Source: Bifidobacterium breve
Lineage (GTDB): Bacteria > Bacteroidota > Bacteroidia > AKYH767-A > OLB10
DNA: 64,000 nt
Direction: 5' to 3'
Assembly: GCA_943329665.2 (NCBI GenBank)
Contig: CALQEU020000009.1
Coordinates: 19,489 to 83,488 of the forward strand
Position numbers and translations under genes: made by a program. This document shows, piece after piece, positions 21,985-29,991 of the stretch (positions are counted from its first letter, which is position 1; the number at the start of each line of letters is the position of its first letter). The notes beneath the pieces are model-generated. The model had not been told where the DNA came from. It ran no database searches and saw only the letters and a list, made by a program, of their open reading frames with translations.

Positions 21985-23520
21985 ATGGTAAAAAAGTCAA
22001 ATTGGGAGTGGGAGCAAGGGTTCTTTTTCATCATTTTACTCTTGCATTGTTTGCCCATTCTTCTCTTAACACCTTTTGTTACGCTAGATGGTCCAGCCCA
22101 TTTGTACAATGCGCATCTCATGTTTGAAGTTCTTTTTGGTAAAACAAACATCATCCATTCTTTTTTTGAGTTCAATACTTTTCCTGAACCCAACTGGACC
22201 GGACATTTCTTGCTGATGGTTTTGCAGGCTGTATTACCTATTTTATGGGCTGAAAAAGTAATCATCATATTGATTTTTGTGTTGATGGCAATGGGATTTC
22301 GAAAATTAATTTTGACTATTAATCCAGCATCTGCTTACTTAAGTTGGATGATTTTTCCTTTCTTGTTTAACTTCCCGCTCTTGCTTGGATTCTTCAACTT
22401 CGTACTGGCGTTAGCGTTATTACCTTGGTGGATCAATTGGTGGCTAAAAAATCATCGCAATGGATTGCAGGTAAAAAATGGAATTTTTGTCACGCTGTTT
22501 TTTATGGTTTTATATTTCTCCCATTTAGTTGTTTTTTTACTTGCTGGACTCAGTGCAGGTATTATCAGTATTTTCAATACACCACCTGGGAATACTAAGA
22601 AAATGTTCAAGCAGTTATTATACCTTTTCATCGTTAGCTCACCAGGGTTGTTTTTAAGTTTTCTATTTGTATTCTTCTTCGGAACGGAAGGTTACAGAGG
22701 AGAAATATCTTATTTACCTCTAGCTCAATTGGTAGATGATATTCTTTGTTCGAGGATGTTTATCGTTTACGATTATACTTCTGAAAAGGTATTTACTTAC
22801 ACTTTTTCAGGGTTGATGGTCTTACTAACGGTTATCGGTTTACGTCATTTCAATAAAACGTTTGTACAACGTAGCTTTGGTTGGATTTGCTTAAGTTCTT
22901 TGCTCATCATTTTTGTCATTCCAGATAGTTTGGCTTCAGGTGGAATTTTATCAGTGCGATTGGTACTATGGTTTTACATGACTTGGTGCATTTGGTTAGT
23001 GGCATTAAATATTCCAAAAAAAGCAAAAATATTTGCCGCACTCATCGCTGTTGGATTCAGTTTTGGGATGATGAAAATTCATTGGAAGGTGCAGCAGGAG
23101 TTAAATTCGGATGCGAAACAATTTATAGCAGCTTCCGCCCACATCCAACCCAATTCCATTGTTCTGCCGCTTAATTATTCTGCCAACTGGATGCATTCAA
23201 ATATGAGCAGTTATTTGGGAGCTATGAAAGATGTTGTTGTGCTTGATAATTACGAAGCCACGCAACATCATTTTCCCTTGGTCTGGAAAAAGAACATGGA
23301 TCCCGAAATCCACATGGGAAATCATGTATCAAGCAATAGGCCCTGTGTACATATTGAGAAGTCGGAAAAAATGACGGGATTAAAAATTAATTATGTGAGT
23401 GTTTGGCAAAGACCAGGGGATTTAGATGATTCTTGCTCGACAGCGGTGGATAAGCAGCTTCGTAAATTGAATTTTAGGTCGAAAATTAAGGGTAGTTCTA
23501 TAGAGGTTTTTGGAAGATAG
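21985..23520 (+). CDS. Polytopic membrane protein, hypothetical (more than 10 TM segments plus a C-terminal soluble domain)
   Basis: 511-aa ORF with an ATG start. It is highly hydrophobic through about residue 370 and hydrophilic afterwards. Confidence 0.72.
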   Translation: MVKKSNWEWEQGFFFIILLLHCLPILLLTPFVTLDGPAHLYNAHLMFEVLFGKTNIIHSFFEFNTFPEPNWTGHFLLMVLQAVLPILWAEKVIIILIFVLMAMGFRKLILTINPASAYLSWMIFPFLFNFPLLLGFFNFVLALALLPWWINWWLKNHRNGLQVKNGIFVTLFFMVLYFSHLVVFLLAGLSAGIISIFNTPPGNTKKMFKQLLYLFIVSSPGLFLSFLFVFFFGTEGYRGEISYLPLAQLVDDILCSRMFIVYDYTSEKVFTYTFSGLMVLLTVIGLRHFNKTFVQRSFGWICLSSLLIIFVIPDSLASGGILSVRLVLWFYMTWCIWLVALNIPKKAKIFAALIAVGFSFGMMKIHWKVQQELNSDAKQFIAASAHIQPNSIVLPLNYSANWMHSNMSSYLGAMKDVVVLDNYEATQHHFPLVWKKNMDPEIHMGNHVSSNRPCVHIEKSEKMTGLKINYVSVWQRPGDLDDSCSTAVDKQLRKLNFRSKIKGSSIEVFGR

Positions 23521-23553
23521 GCTTCTAGATGTTAGAAATCAGATTTTATCTAA

Positions 23554-23834
23554 AACCCCAGCGGGGTTCAGCCTCATTAGCGTAGCGATTTCACCAGATT
23601 AACCCAACCCCAGCGGGGTTGAACATCCCAATCTGTTTTCTTCAATAATCATTGTCGTTATTGACGGTATTTATGTACTCCCAAAAAAATATTTTTTATG
23701 CAAATTCAATTGAATGCCAAATAAAAAATGATTCGAAATAATTTCGTTCAGGCTCTCGATCGCTGTTCAACCCCTACGGGGTTGGGTTTAAAATTTTATT
23801 CGCTTCGCTAATGAGGTTGAACCCCTATGGGGTT
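23554..23834. repeat. Pair of ~70-nt imperfect inverted repeats flanking 140 bp of AT-rich DNA
   Basis: The left arm is 23554-23624 and the right arm is 23765-23834, approximately the reverse complement of the left. Each arm holds two AACCCC-N4/5-GGGGTT hairpins (AACCCCAGCGGGGTT, AACCCCTACGGGGTT, AACCCCTATGGGGTT). Confidence 0.8.
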
Positions 23835-23870
23835 CTTTTCACAATTGAATAGATCTTAATTCAACTAAAA

Positions 23871-24040
23871 TTCCAGCCTCTCCCCAACCCCTCTCCAGAG
23901 GAGAGGGGCAACGTTTAAATTAATTTATTAATACGCGAATAATGTGAAAGAATCAAAATAGAATCTAAAATTATTAATCGCATATAATTTTATTTAGGAG
24001 AACCCCTCTCCTCTGGAGAGGGGTTGGGGAGAGGCTGGAA
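23871..24040. repeat. Second inverted-repeat pair (~38 nt arms), each arm itself a hairpin
   Basis: TTCCAGCCTCTCCCCAACCCCTCTCCAGAGGAGAGGGG (23871-23908) against CCCCTCTCCTCTGGAGAGGGGTTGGGGAGAGGCTGGAA (24003-24040). They flank about 94 bp of very AT-rich sequence. Confidence 0.8.
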
Positions 24041-24107
24041 CATGATGCAACGAAATTATGGTTCATTGCGAAATCACATTTCATCAAATAAATTAACGCA
24101 AAGCCAC

Positions 24108-24533
24108 CTACAATTCCCCGAGCCACTTCTTAAAATCCGCGGCTTTCTCTCTACTCAAAAACACTTCATCGCCGTGGTTGGGTTTCATGTTGATTTTAAG
24201 CTTTCCATTAAAATGCGAATGAATTCCATCCAAGCACTTGGGTGTTACAATGTATTGACGATTTGCGCTCAAAAAAGTATTGGGATCCAACAATAATTCT
24301 AATTCATCCAACGAATGATCGACGATGTAACGTTGCTCGCCAAACGTTTTGATGAAACTCACTTTATCTTCGGTATAGAAAAATGCAATTTCATGCATAT
24401 CGATGGGAATTAATCGTTGTCCTTGTTTTACCAGGAAAGGTTGCTTGTATACTTGCTCTTTACCTCGAAGCGCAGTGACGATCATGTCTAAGTCTAACTT
24501 GGGTGATGTGATGGATGCCGAAATGCAATTCAC
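24108..24533 (-). CDS. Stand-alone LytTR DNA-binding domain protein (no receiver domain)
   Basis: 141 aa. Contains IPIDMHEIAFFYTEDKVSFIKTFGEQRYIVDHSLDELELLL...FLSANRQYIV, which is LytTR-like. The start is GTG at 24533 or ATG at 24485. Confidence 0.72.
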   Translation of the reverse strand: MNCISASITSPKLDLDMIVTALRGKEQVYKQPFLVKQGQRLIPIDMHEIAFFYTEDKVSFIKTFGEQRYIVDHSLDELELLLDPNTFLSANRQYIVTPKCLDGIHSHFNGKLKINMKPNHGDEVFLSREKAADFKKWLGEL

Positions 24534-24688
24534 CGGAGCTGAAACCTATAAAACACGACCTGAACATTTCATTTACACGATTAATTAACTGATTCACAAC
24601 CTTTCTTTTCATTCATAAACCCATCTACCCTCAACTAAAAGCAACCCAATATCCCTATTTTTCATGAAATTAGATAGATGGAATAAAC

Positions 24689-24696
24689 TATTTTTG
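24689..24696 (+). promoter_or_regulatory. -7 promoter box TATTTTTG
   Basis: Matches TAnnTTTG, 20 nt upstream of the paaZ ATG at 24716. Confidence 0.4.
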
Positions 24697-24715
24697 TAGC
24701 GATTAAAAATTAGAG

Positions 24716-26764
24716 ATGAAACAACTTCAGAATTATTATTGCGGAAAATGGGTAGCTGGCACCGAGAACGGACAAGTTTTATACAATGCCATTAACGGGT
24801 CTGAAATCGCAACAGCAAGTAGCAAAGGTCTCGACTTTGGAATGATGCTCGATTATGGCAGAACTACAGGCGGTAAAGCACTAAGAAAAATGACTTTTCA
24901 CGAACGCGGACGCATGTTGAAGGCTTTGGCTTTGTATCTCATGGAGAAGAAAGAAGAATTTTATAAAATTTCATGGGCAACAGGTGCCACACGCGTCGAT
25001 TCGTGGATCGATATTGAAGGCGGCATCGGAAATTTATTTGCCAATAGTAGTTTGCGTCGACAATTTCCTAATGAAACATTTTGCCTCGAAGGCGATCCTG
25101 TAAGCTTAGGAAAAAACGGAACTTTCATGGGACATCATATCTGTGTACCCAAAGAAGGTGTTGCCATTCATATCAACGCATTTAATTTTCCAGTATGGGG
25201 AATGTTAGAAAAAATTGCAGTGAATCTCATGGCGGGTGTTCCTGCTGTGGTGAAGCCAGCCACCGTAACTTGTTTCCTAACGGAGGCGGTAGTACGCGAA
25301 ATTGTTGCTTCTAAAATTTTACCAGAAGGAAGTTTGCAATTAATTTGCGGCTCGGCGAATGGAATTTTGGACCATGTTATTTCACAAGACGTGGTGACCT
25401 TCACAGGATCTGCGAGTACTGGAAAAATGTTGAAAGCGCATCCACGTATCATCAATGAATCCGTTCCCTTTAACTTGGAAGCTGATTCTTTAAACTGCAT
25501 GGTATTGGGAACAGATGTCACTCCTGACATGCCCGAGTTTGAAATTTTCATCAAAGAAGTACAAAGAGAAATTACGGTGAAGGCTGGACAAAAATGTACT
25601 GCCGTGCGACGCATCATGGTTCCAGAAAACAGAATTGAAGATGTGCAAATCGCATTGGGAAAACGATTGGCGAGTACTATCATGGGTGATCCTAATGTTG
25701 AGGGTGTTCGCATGGGACCTTTAGCTTCCAAAGATCAAGTGAATGAAGTGCGAGAAAAAGTAGAACAACTTTCCCAACAACAAGAAATTGTGTTTGGATC
25801 ACTCGATAAATTTGATGTGAAAGGTCAAGACACCGAGCGTGGTGCTTTCTTTTCACCCATTTTAATGTTGAACAAAGATCCTTTTAAATACACCGATTGT
25901 CACTCGGTAGAAGCCTTTGGACCCGTATCCACACTCATGCCTTACAAAACCACCGAAGATGCCATAGAGCTCGCTAAAATGGGTTTAGGTTCGTTGGTGA
26001 GCAGCATCATTACTGCGGATTCAAAAGTTGCACGCGAATATGTATTGGGCGCTGCGAGTATGCACGGAAGAATTTTAGTATTGAACAACGAATGCGCTAA
26101 AGAAAGTACAGGTCATGGATCGCCGATGCCGATGTTGACGCATGGAGGTCCTGGAAGAGCAGGAGGAGGCGAGGAGATGGGTGGAAAGCGCGGAATTTTC
26201 CATTATCTGCAACGTGTAGCGCTGCAAGGATCACCTACGATGGTCTCTGCCATTACGGGCGTTTATCAGAATGGAGCAAAACAAATTGAAAAAGATATTC
26301 ACCCCTTCAAAAAACATTTCGAAGAGTTAGAAATTGGCGAAACCTTAATTACGGCTAAGCATAGTGTTAGTGAAGCGGATATTGTAAACTTTGCGAATGT
26401 AAGCGGCGATAACTTCTACGCGCATATGGATTCCACCAGTTTAGAAGGAACCATCTTCACCCAACGTGTGGCGCATGGCTATTTTGTATTGAGCAAAGCA
26501 GCCGGATTATTTGTCGACGCGAAAAAAGGTCCTGTGATGTTGAACTACGGATTAGAAGAATGCCGTTTCACCAAACCCGTTTATCCGGGTATGACGATCG
26601 GTGTTCGCTTAACTGTAAAAGAAAAAGTGGATACTGAAAAGAAAACGCCAGAAGATATTGCGAAAGGAATAGTGAAGTGGTTGGTGGATGTTTATGATGA
26701 GACGGGGGAGACGGTGGCGATTGCAACCATATTGACTATGGTTAAGAAAAAAATTCAATCCTGA
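24716..26764 (+). CDS. paaZ: Bifunctional aldehyde dehydrogenase / MaoC-type hydratase (PaaZ-like)
   Basis: 682 aa. The N-terminal ~500 aa are ALDH-like (catalytic region GQKCTAVRR). The C-terminal ~150 aa form a MaoC hot-dog domain (FANVSGDNFYAHMD). Size and architecture match E. coli PaaZ. Confidence 0.85.
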   Translation: MKQLQNYYCGKWVAGTENGQVLYNAINGSEIATASSKGLDFGMMLDYGRTTGGKALRKMTFHERGRMLKALALYLMEKKEEFYKISWATGATRVDSWIDIEGGIGNLFANSSLRRQFPNETFCLEGDPVSLGKNGTFMGHHICVPKEGVAIHINAFNFPVWGMLEKIAVNLMAGVPAVVKPATVTCFLTEAVVREIVASKILPEGSLQLICGSANGILDHVISQDVVTFTGSASTGKMLKAHPRIINESVPFNLEADSLNCMVLGTDVTPDMPEFEIFIKEVQREITVKAGQKCTAVRRIMVPENRIEDVQIALGKRLASTIMGDPNVEGVRMGPLASKDQVNEVREKVEQLSQQQEIVFGSLDKFDVKGQDTERGAFFSPILMLNKDPFKYTDCHSVEAFGPVSTLMPYKTTEDAIELAKMGLGSLVSSIITADSKVAREYVLGAASMHGRILVLNNECAKESTGHGSPMPMLTHGGPGRAGGGEEMGGKRGIFHYLQRVALQGSPTMVSAITGVYQNGAKQIEKDIHPFKKHFEELEIGETLITAKHSVSEADIVNFANVSGDNFYAHMDSTSLEGTIFTQRVAHGYFVLSKAAGLFVDAKKGPVMLNYGLEECRFTKPVYPGMTIGVRLTVKEKVDTEKKTPEDIAKGIVKWLVDVYDETGETVAIATILTMVKKKIQS

Positions 26765-26797
26765 TAAATATTACGGTGCGAATTGAAAATTCAGAAT

Positions 26798-26869
26798 GCA
26801 GTCCCGATAGCTATCGGGATCAGAATTCAGAATTAAAATCGCAAGCGCAGTCCCGATAGCTATCGGGAT
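26798..26869. repeat. Two copies of the palindromic element GCAGTCCCGATAGCTATCGGGAT
   Basis: Exact 23-nt copies at 26798-26820 and 26847-26869. The core TCCCGATAGCTATCGGGA is a perfect palindrome. Confidence 0.85.
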
Positions 26870-26909
26870 GAGAATTTAAAATAACACAACAAACAGTACA
26901 ATTATATTT

Positions 26910-27674
26910 ATGTCGACAGGAAAAATAAATACAGCAACCAGCAATGGAATTTGCACCATCACCTTTTCGCATCCACAAAGCAATTCCTTGCCTGGAACTT
27001 TATTGCGCGAATTGGCATCAGCGATCGAAAAGGCCGGAAAAGACGATGCAGCGAAAGTTATCGTTTTAAAAAGTGAAGGTGACAAAGCTTTTTGTGCGGG
27101 TGCTTCCTTCGACGAATTAATTTCCATCAACGATTTAGAAACGGGCACTTTTTTCTTTGGCGGGTTTGCTGCGGTGATCAATGCGATTCGCAAAGCGCCC
27201 AAGTTTGTGATTGCTCGAGTGCAAGGCAAGGCAGTAGGAGGAGGCGTAGGACTCGCTAGCGCTGCTGATTACACCATAGCGCACACCAACGCAGCCATCA
27301 AGCTCAGCGAACTCGCAGTAGGCATTGGTCCGTTTGTAGTAGGTCCGGCAGTTGAGAGGAAGATGGGCACTTCCGCATTCACTCAACTCAGCATCGACGC
27401 CACCGCTTGGAAAGACGCAAGTTGGGCAAGAGAAAAAGGATTATACACCGACATTTTCGAAACGTTTGAAGAGTTAGATCAAGCTGTAGATAAATTAGCC
27501 ACCACACTTGCAGCTAGCAATCCAGAAGCGATGATGCTATTGAAAAAAGCATTTTGGGTGGGGACTGAACATTGGGATGTTTTATTAGCAGAGCGTGCGG
27601 GGATGAGTGGGAGGTTGGTGCTTTCAGATTTTACACGTGAGGCGATTGAAGGTTTCAAAAAAGGAGCTCGGTAG
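26910..27674 (+). CDS. Enoyl-CoA hydratase/isomerase (crotonase) family protein
   Basis: 254 aa. Contains FCAGASFDEL and GKAVGGGVGLASAADY, crotonase oxyanion-hole motifs. Confidence 0.88.
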   Translation: MSTGKINTATSNGICTITFSHPQSNSLPGTLLRELASAIEKAGKDDAAKVIVLKSEGDKAFCAGASFDELISINDLETGTFFFGGFAAVINAIRKAPKFVIARVQGKAVGGGVGLASAADYTIAHTNAAIKLSELAVGIGPFVVGPAVERKMGTSAFTQLSIDATAWKDASWAREKGLYTDIFETFEELDQAVDKLATTLAASNPEAMMLLKKAFWVGTEHWDVLLAERAGMSGRLVLSDFTREAIEGFKKGAR

Positions 27675-27686
27675 CGAGGTGCAATT

Positions 27687-27708
27687 CAGTCCCGATAGCT
27701 ATCGGGAT
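27687..27708. repeat. Third copy of the CAGTCCCGATAGCTATCGGGAT palindrome
   Basis: A 22-nt match to the two copies upstream of the crotonase gene. It sits 13 nt after that gene's stop codon and may act as a terminator hairpin. Confidence 0.8.
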
Positions 27709-27915
27709 TAGATTTCTTAACTCGGCCATTATCATTTTCAGTAGGGAATAGAGTATTTTTCTTCAAATTTGGAGAATTGGGGAATTTTTTGATAGGAGCG
27801 GTACTGCGACTGCTGTGTAAACCTCAGGCTGCAATTAAAATTCAGGTCAAAGCAATTAATTTCGAGTTTTTACAATATATGAATTTGTCAAAAAAATTCG
27901 TATCGCGTTTAATCC

Positions 27916-28194
27916 AACCTTGAAAGGGTTAAATGATCACCCGAGAAGGATGCCGCATTTTTTTAGAACGATTGTGTCACCCCTTCGGGGTTTTTAGATA
28001 GTAGGCTGATTCAATTTTTAGAATAATGCCATCCCTTCGGGATTTTATTATTGTTAATTTAAAAATATTCATTTTAGAAACTACAACCTTTTAGTTGCAA
28101 AAGTAAACCCTGAAAGGGTGAAATGATTATAGAAATTAAAATATTCGAAAAAACAAAACCCTGAAAGGGTGACATGATCAGCCGAGAAAGAAGC
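27916..28194 (+). repeat. Repeated 38-nt module (GAAA-loop hairpin followed by ATGATCA-CCGAGAA), with related UUCG-loop hairpins between the copies
   Basis: 27916-27953 (AACCTTGAAAGGGTTAAATGATCACCCGAGAAGGATGC) and 28157-28194 (AACCCTGAAAGGGTGACATGATCAGCCGAGAAAGAAGC) match at 32 of 38 positions. A truncated copy lies at 28106-28127. Hairpins followed by T runs: ACCCCTTCGGGGT at 27979-27991 and ATCCCTTCGGGAT at 28031-28043. Confidence 0.75.
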
Positions 28195-28513
28195 AAGCTT
28201 ATAAATGAGATTTTCAAGTTGTACAACTATCAAATTTACAAAACGAAGCGCTCTCCGCATAGAGCGTCCATGTTCGCGTACATCGAGGTAAAAGATGAGT
28301 TTTAATTGAAAATAATTATTATTTCATTAAAATCTTTGAGCTTAAAGATCCTTCAATGCTGCGAGGCAGAAGTAAGCAGACATGCCTCTCAAAATTGGTT
28401 TTAATTGGTATTTAATGCTTGATTTCACATATATATGATAATCAATGTATTGAAATCACCTGCGGTTGTTGGTAAATCTATGAATGTATACCCTAAAATC
28501 CCTCTTCAATTTT

Positions 28514-28521
28514 TACTTTTG
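28514..28521 (+). promoter_or_regulatory. -7 promoter box TACTTTTG
   Basis: Matches TAnnTTTG, 25 nt upstream of the ATG at 28546. This supports the shorter lipoprotein start. Confidence 0.4.
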
Positions 28522-28545
28522 TACCAGTCAATAAAATCTGAAAAA

Positions 28546-29043
28546 ATGAAAAAATTAGTATTGTTTGGATCAATCATCATTGCCTTATCGTCTTGCGGGA
28601 CAAAATCGAATGAAGAAAAAGCAAATCCAGAGATTGATTCTACTGTGATTGCTGCAAAATTTGGTACTGACATCGAAGAGGCTGGAGCTATTTCAATGGA
28701 TTCTCTAGTGGCCATGGTTAATGCGGGATCAACAACCGTTGAGAATGTTAAAGTAGAAGGGAAAATTAATGCTGCTTGTCAAACCAAAGGATGTTGGATG
28801 ACTGTCGACAAAAGCGATGGGTCTACCATGCGTGTGAGTTTTAAGGATTATGGATTTTTTGTTCCGAAGGATTGCGCAGGAAAATCGGCAGTGATGATGG
28901 GTCGCGCTTTTGTAGATACTACATCGGTTGCAGATCTTCGTCACTTTGCTAAAGACGATGGTAAATCAAAAGAAGAAATTGAAAAAATTACTGAGCCTGA
29001 ATACGCATTGTCGTTTGAGGCAGATGGTGTAATCATCAAGTAA
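28546..29043 (+). CDS. Lipoprotein, DUF4920-like
   Basis: MKKLVLFGSIIIALSSC is a lipobox. CQTKGCWM is a motif I associate with DUF4920, from memory. The track ORF start at 28435 has no signal peptide and overlaps the -7 box, so it is rejected. Confidence 0.72.
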   Translation: MKKLVLFGSIIIALSSCGTKSNEEKANPEIDSTVIAAKFGTDIEEAGAISMDSLVAMVNAGSTTVENVKVEGKINAACQTKGCWMTVDKSDGSTMRVSFKDYGFFVPKDCAGKSAVMMGRAFVDTTSVADLRHFAKDDGKSKEEIEKITEPEYALSFEADGVIIK

Positions 29044-29061
29044 TAAAAATTAAAATAATGG

Positions 29062-29085
29062 AACCCATCTCGAAGGAGATGGGTT
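29062..29085 (+). terminator. Terminator-like hairpin
   Basis: AACCCATCTC (29062-29071), loop GAAG, GAGATGGGTT (29076-29085), giving a 10-bp perfect stem. The trailing T run is weak. Confidence 0.55.
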
Positions 29086-29097
29086 TACTATTGAATA

Positions 29098-29970
29098 ATG
29101 GGAAACGAAAGAGTAGAATGGATTGAATGTCCGCGCGACGCCATGCAAGGCCTCTCGTGGTTTGTTCCTACAGCTCAAAAAATTGCATACATCAATACAC
29201 TTTTAGGAGTGGGATACGATGTAATCGATTTCGGAAGTTTCGTTTCTCCTAAAGCGATTCCACAGTTGCGTGATACGGCCGAAGTATTAAGTCAATTGGA
29301 ATTAAATGATCGTACTAAATTATTAGCCATTGTAGCCAATGTGAGAGGAGCAGAGGATGCTTGTGAGTTTGATGAGATTTCCTATCTCGGATTTCCATTT
29401 TCCATCTCCGAAACCTTCCAGCAAAGAAATACCAATAGCAGTATTAATGAATCTTTGCAATCGGTAGAGATGATCCAAAATTTATGCTTGAGGCATCACA
29501 AAGAATTGGTGGTGTACATGAGCATGGCCTTTGGAAATCCTTACGGAGATGCATGGAATGAAGACATTGCCGTGAAGTGGACCAAGCAAATCGCATCGTT
29601 AGGTGTAAAAACAATTGCAATGTCGGATACGGTCGGACTTGCTCAACCTGCTGATGTGAAAAAAATATTTGATGCTATAATCCCATCATTACCCCAAGTA
29701 AAAATTGGCGCTCATCTGCATGCTAGTGCCGATAATTGGAAATCGAAGGTGACAGCTGCTTGGGATAGTGGTTGTCGACGTTTCGACTCTGCTATGAAGG
29801 GTTATGGTGGATGTCCCATGGCAGAAGATGTACTGGTCGGAAATCTTGCCTCTGAGAACCTCTATCAATTCCTAAATGACAGGAATGTGAAGAGTTCTAT
29901 TGATTCTTCCCAATTCGCACACGCACTCATGATGGCTTCCGCTGTATTTGAAGAGCCATTAGCAACATAA
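29098..29970 (+). CDS. Hydroxymethylglutaryl-CoA lyase (HMGL-like TIM barrel)
   Basis: 290 aa. Contains ECPRDAMQG (the DRE-TIM metal-binding Asp region) and GAHLHAS. Confidence 0.82.
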   Translation: MGNERVEWIECPRDAMQGLSWFVPTAQKIAYINTLLGVGYDVIDFGSFVSPKAIPQLRDTAEVLSQLELNDRTKLLAIVANVRGAEDACEFDEISYLGFPFSISETFQQRNTNSSINESLQSVEMIQNLCLRHHKELVVYMSMAFGNPYGDAWNEDIAVKWTKQIASLGVKTIAMSDTVGLAQPADVKKIFDAIIPSLPQVKIGAHLHASADNWKSKVTAAWDSGCRRFDSAMKGYGGCPMAEDVLVGNLASENLYQFLNDRNVKSSIDSSQFAHALMMASAVFEEPLAT

Positions 29971-29991
29971 ATTGTATACTTTCGTTTAAAC

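Noticed and set aside
25168-25731. 187-aa antisense ORF inside paaZ, and similar antisense ORFs (10578..10997, 52663..53124, 26876..27229, 19624..19977, 9964..10266, 21981..22268, 36624..37007, 24024..24296)
   Set aside because: Each lies entirely within or across a strongly supported gene on the other strand. They have odd composition and no recognisable motifs, which is typical of shadow ORFs.
27916-28194. Possible CRISPR array, given several short hairpin repeats with spacers
   Set aside because: The repeats are only ~13-38 nt and not identical, spacing is irregular (about 40-240 nt), no cas genes are present, and the hairpins carry terminator-like T tails.
28435-28545. N-terminal extension of the DUF4920-like gene proposed by the ORF track
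   Set aside because: The extension has no signal peptide and contains the TACTTTTG -7 box. The ATG at 28546 yields a canonical lipoprotein signal.
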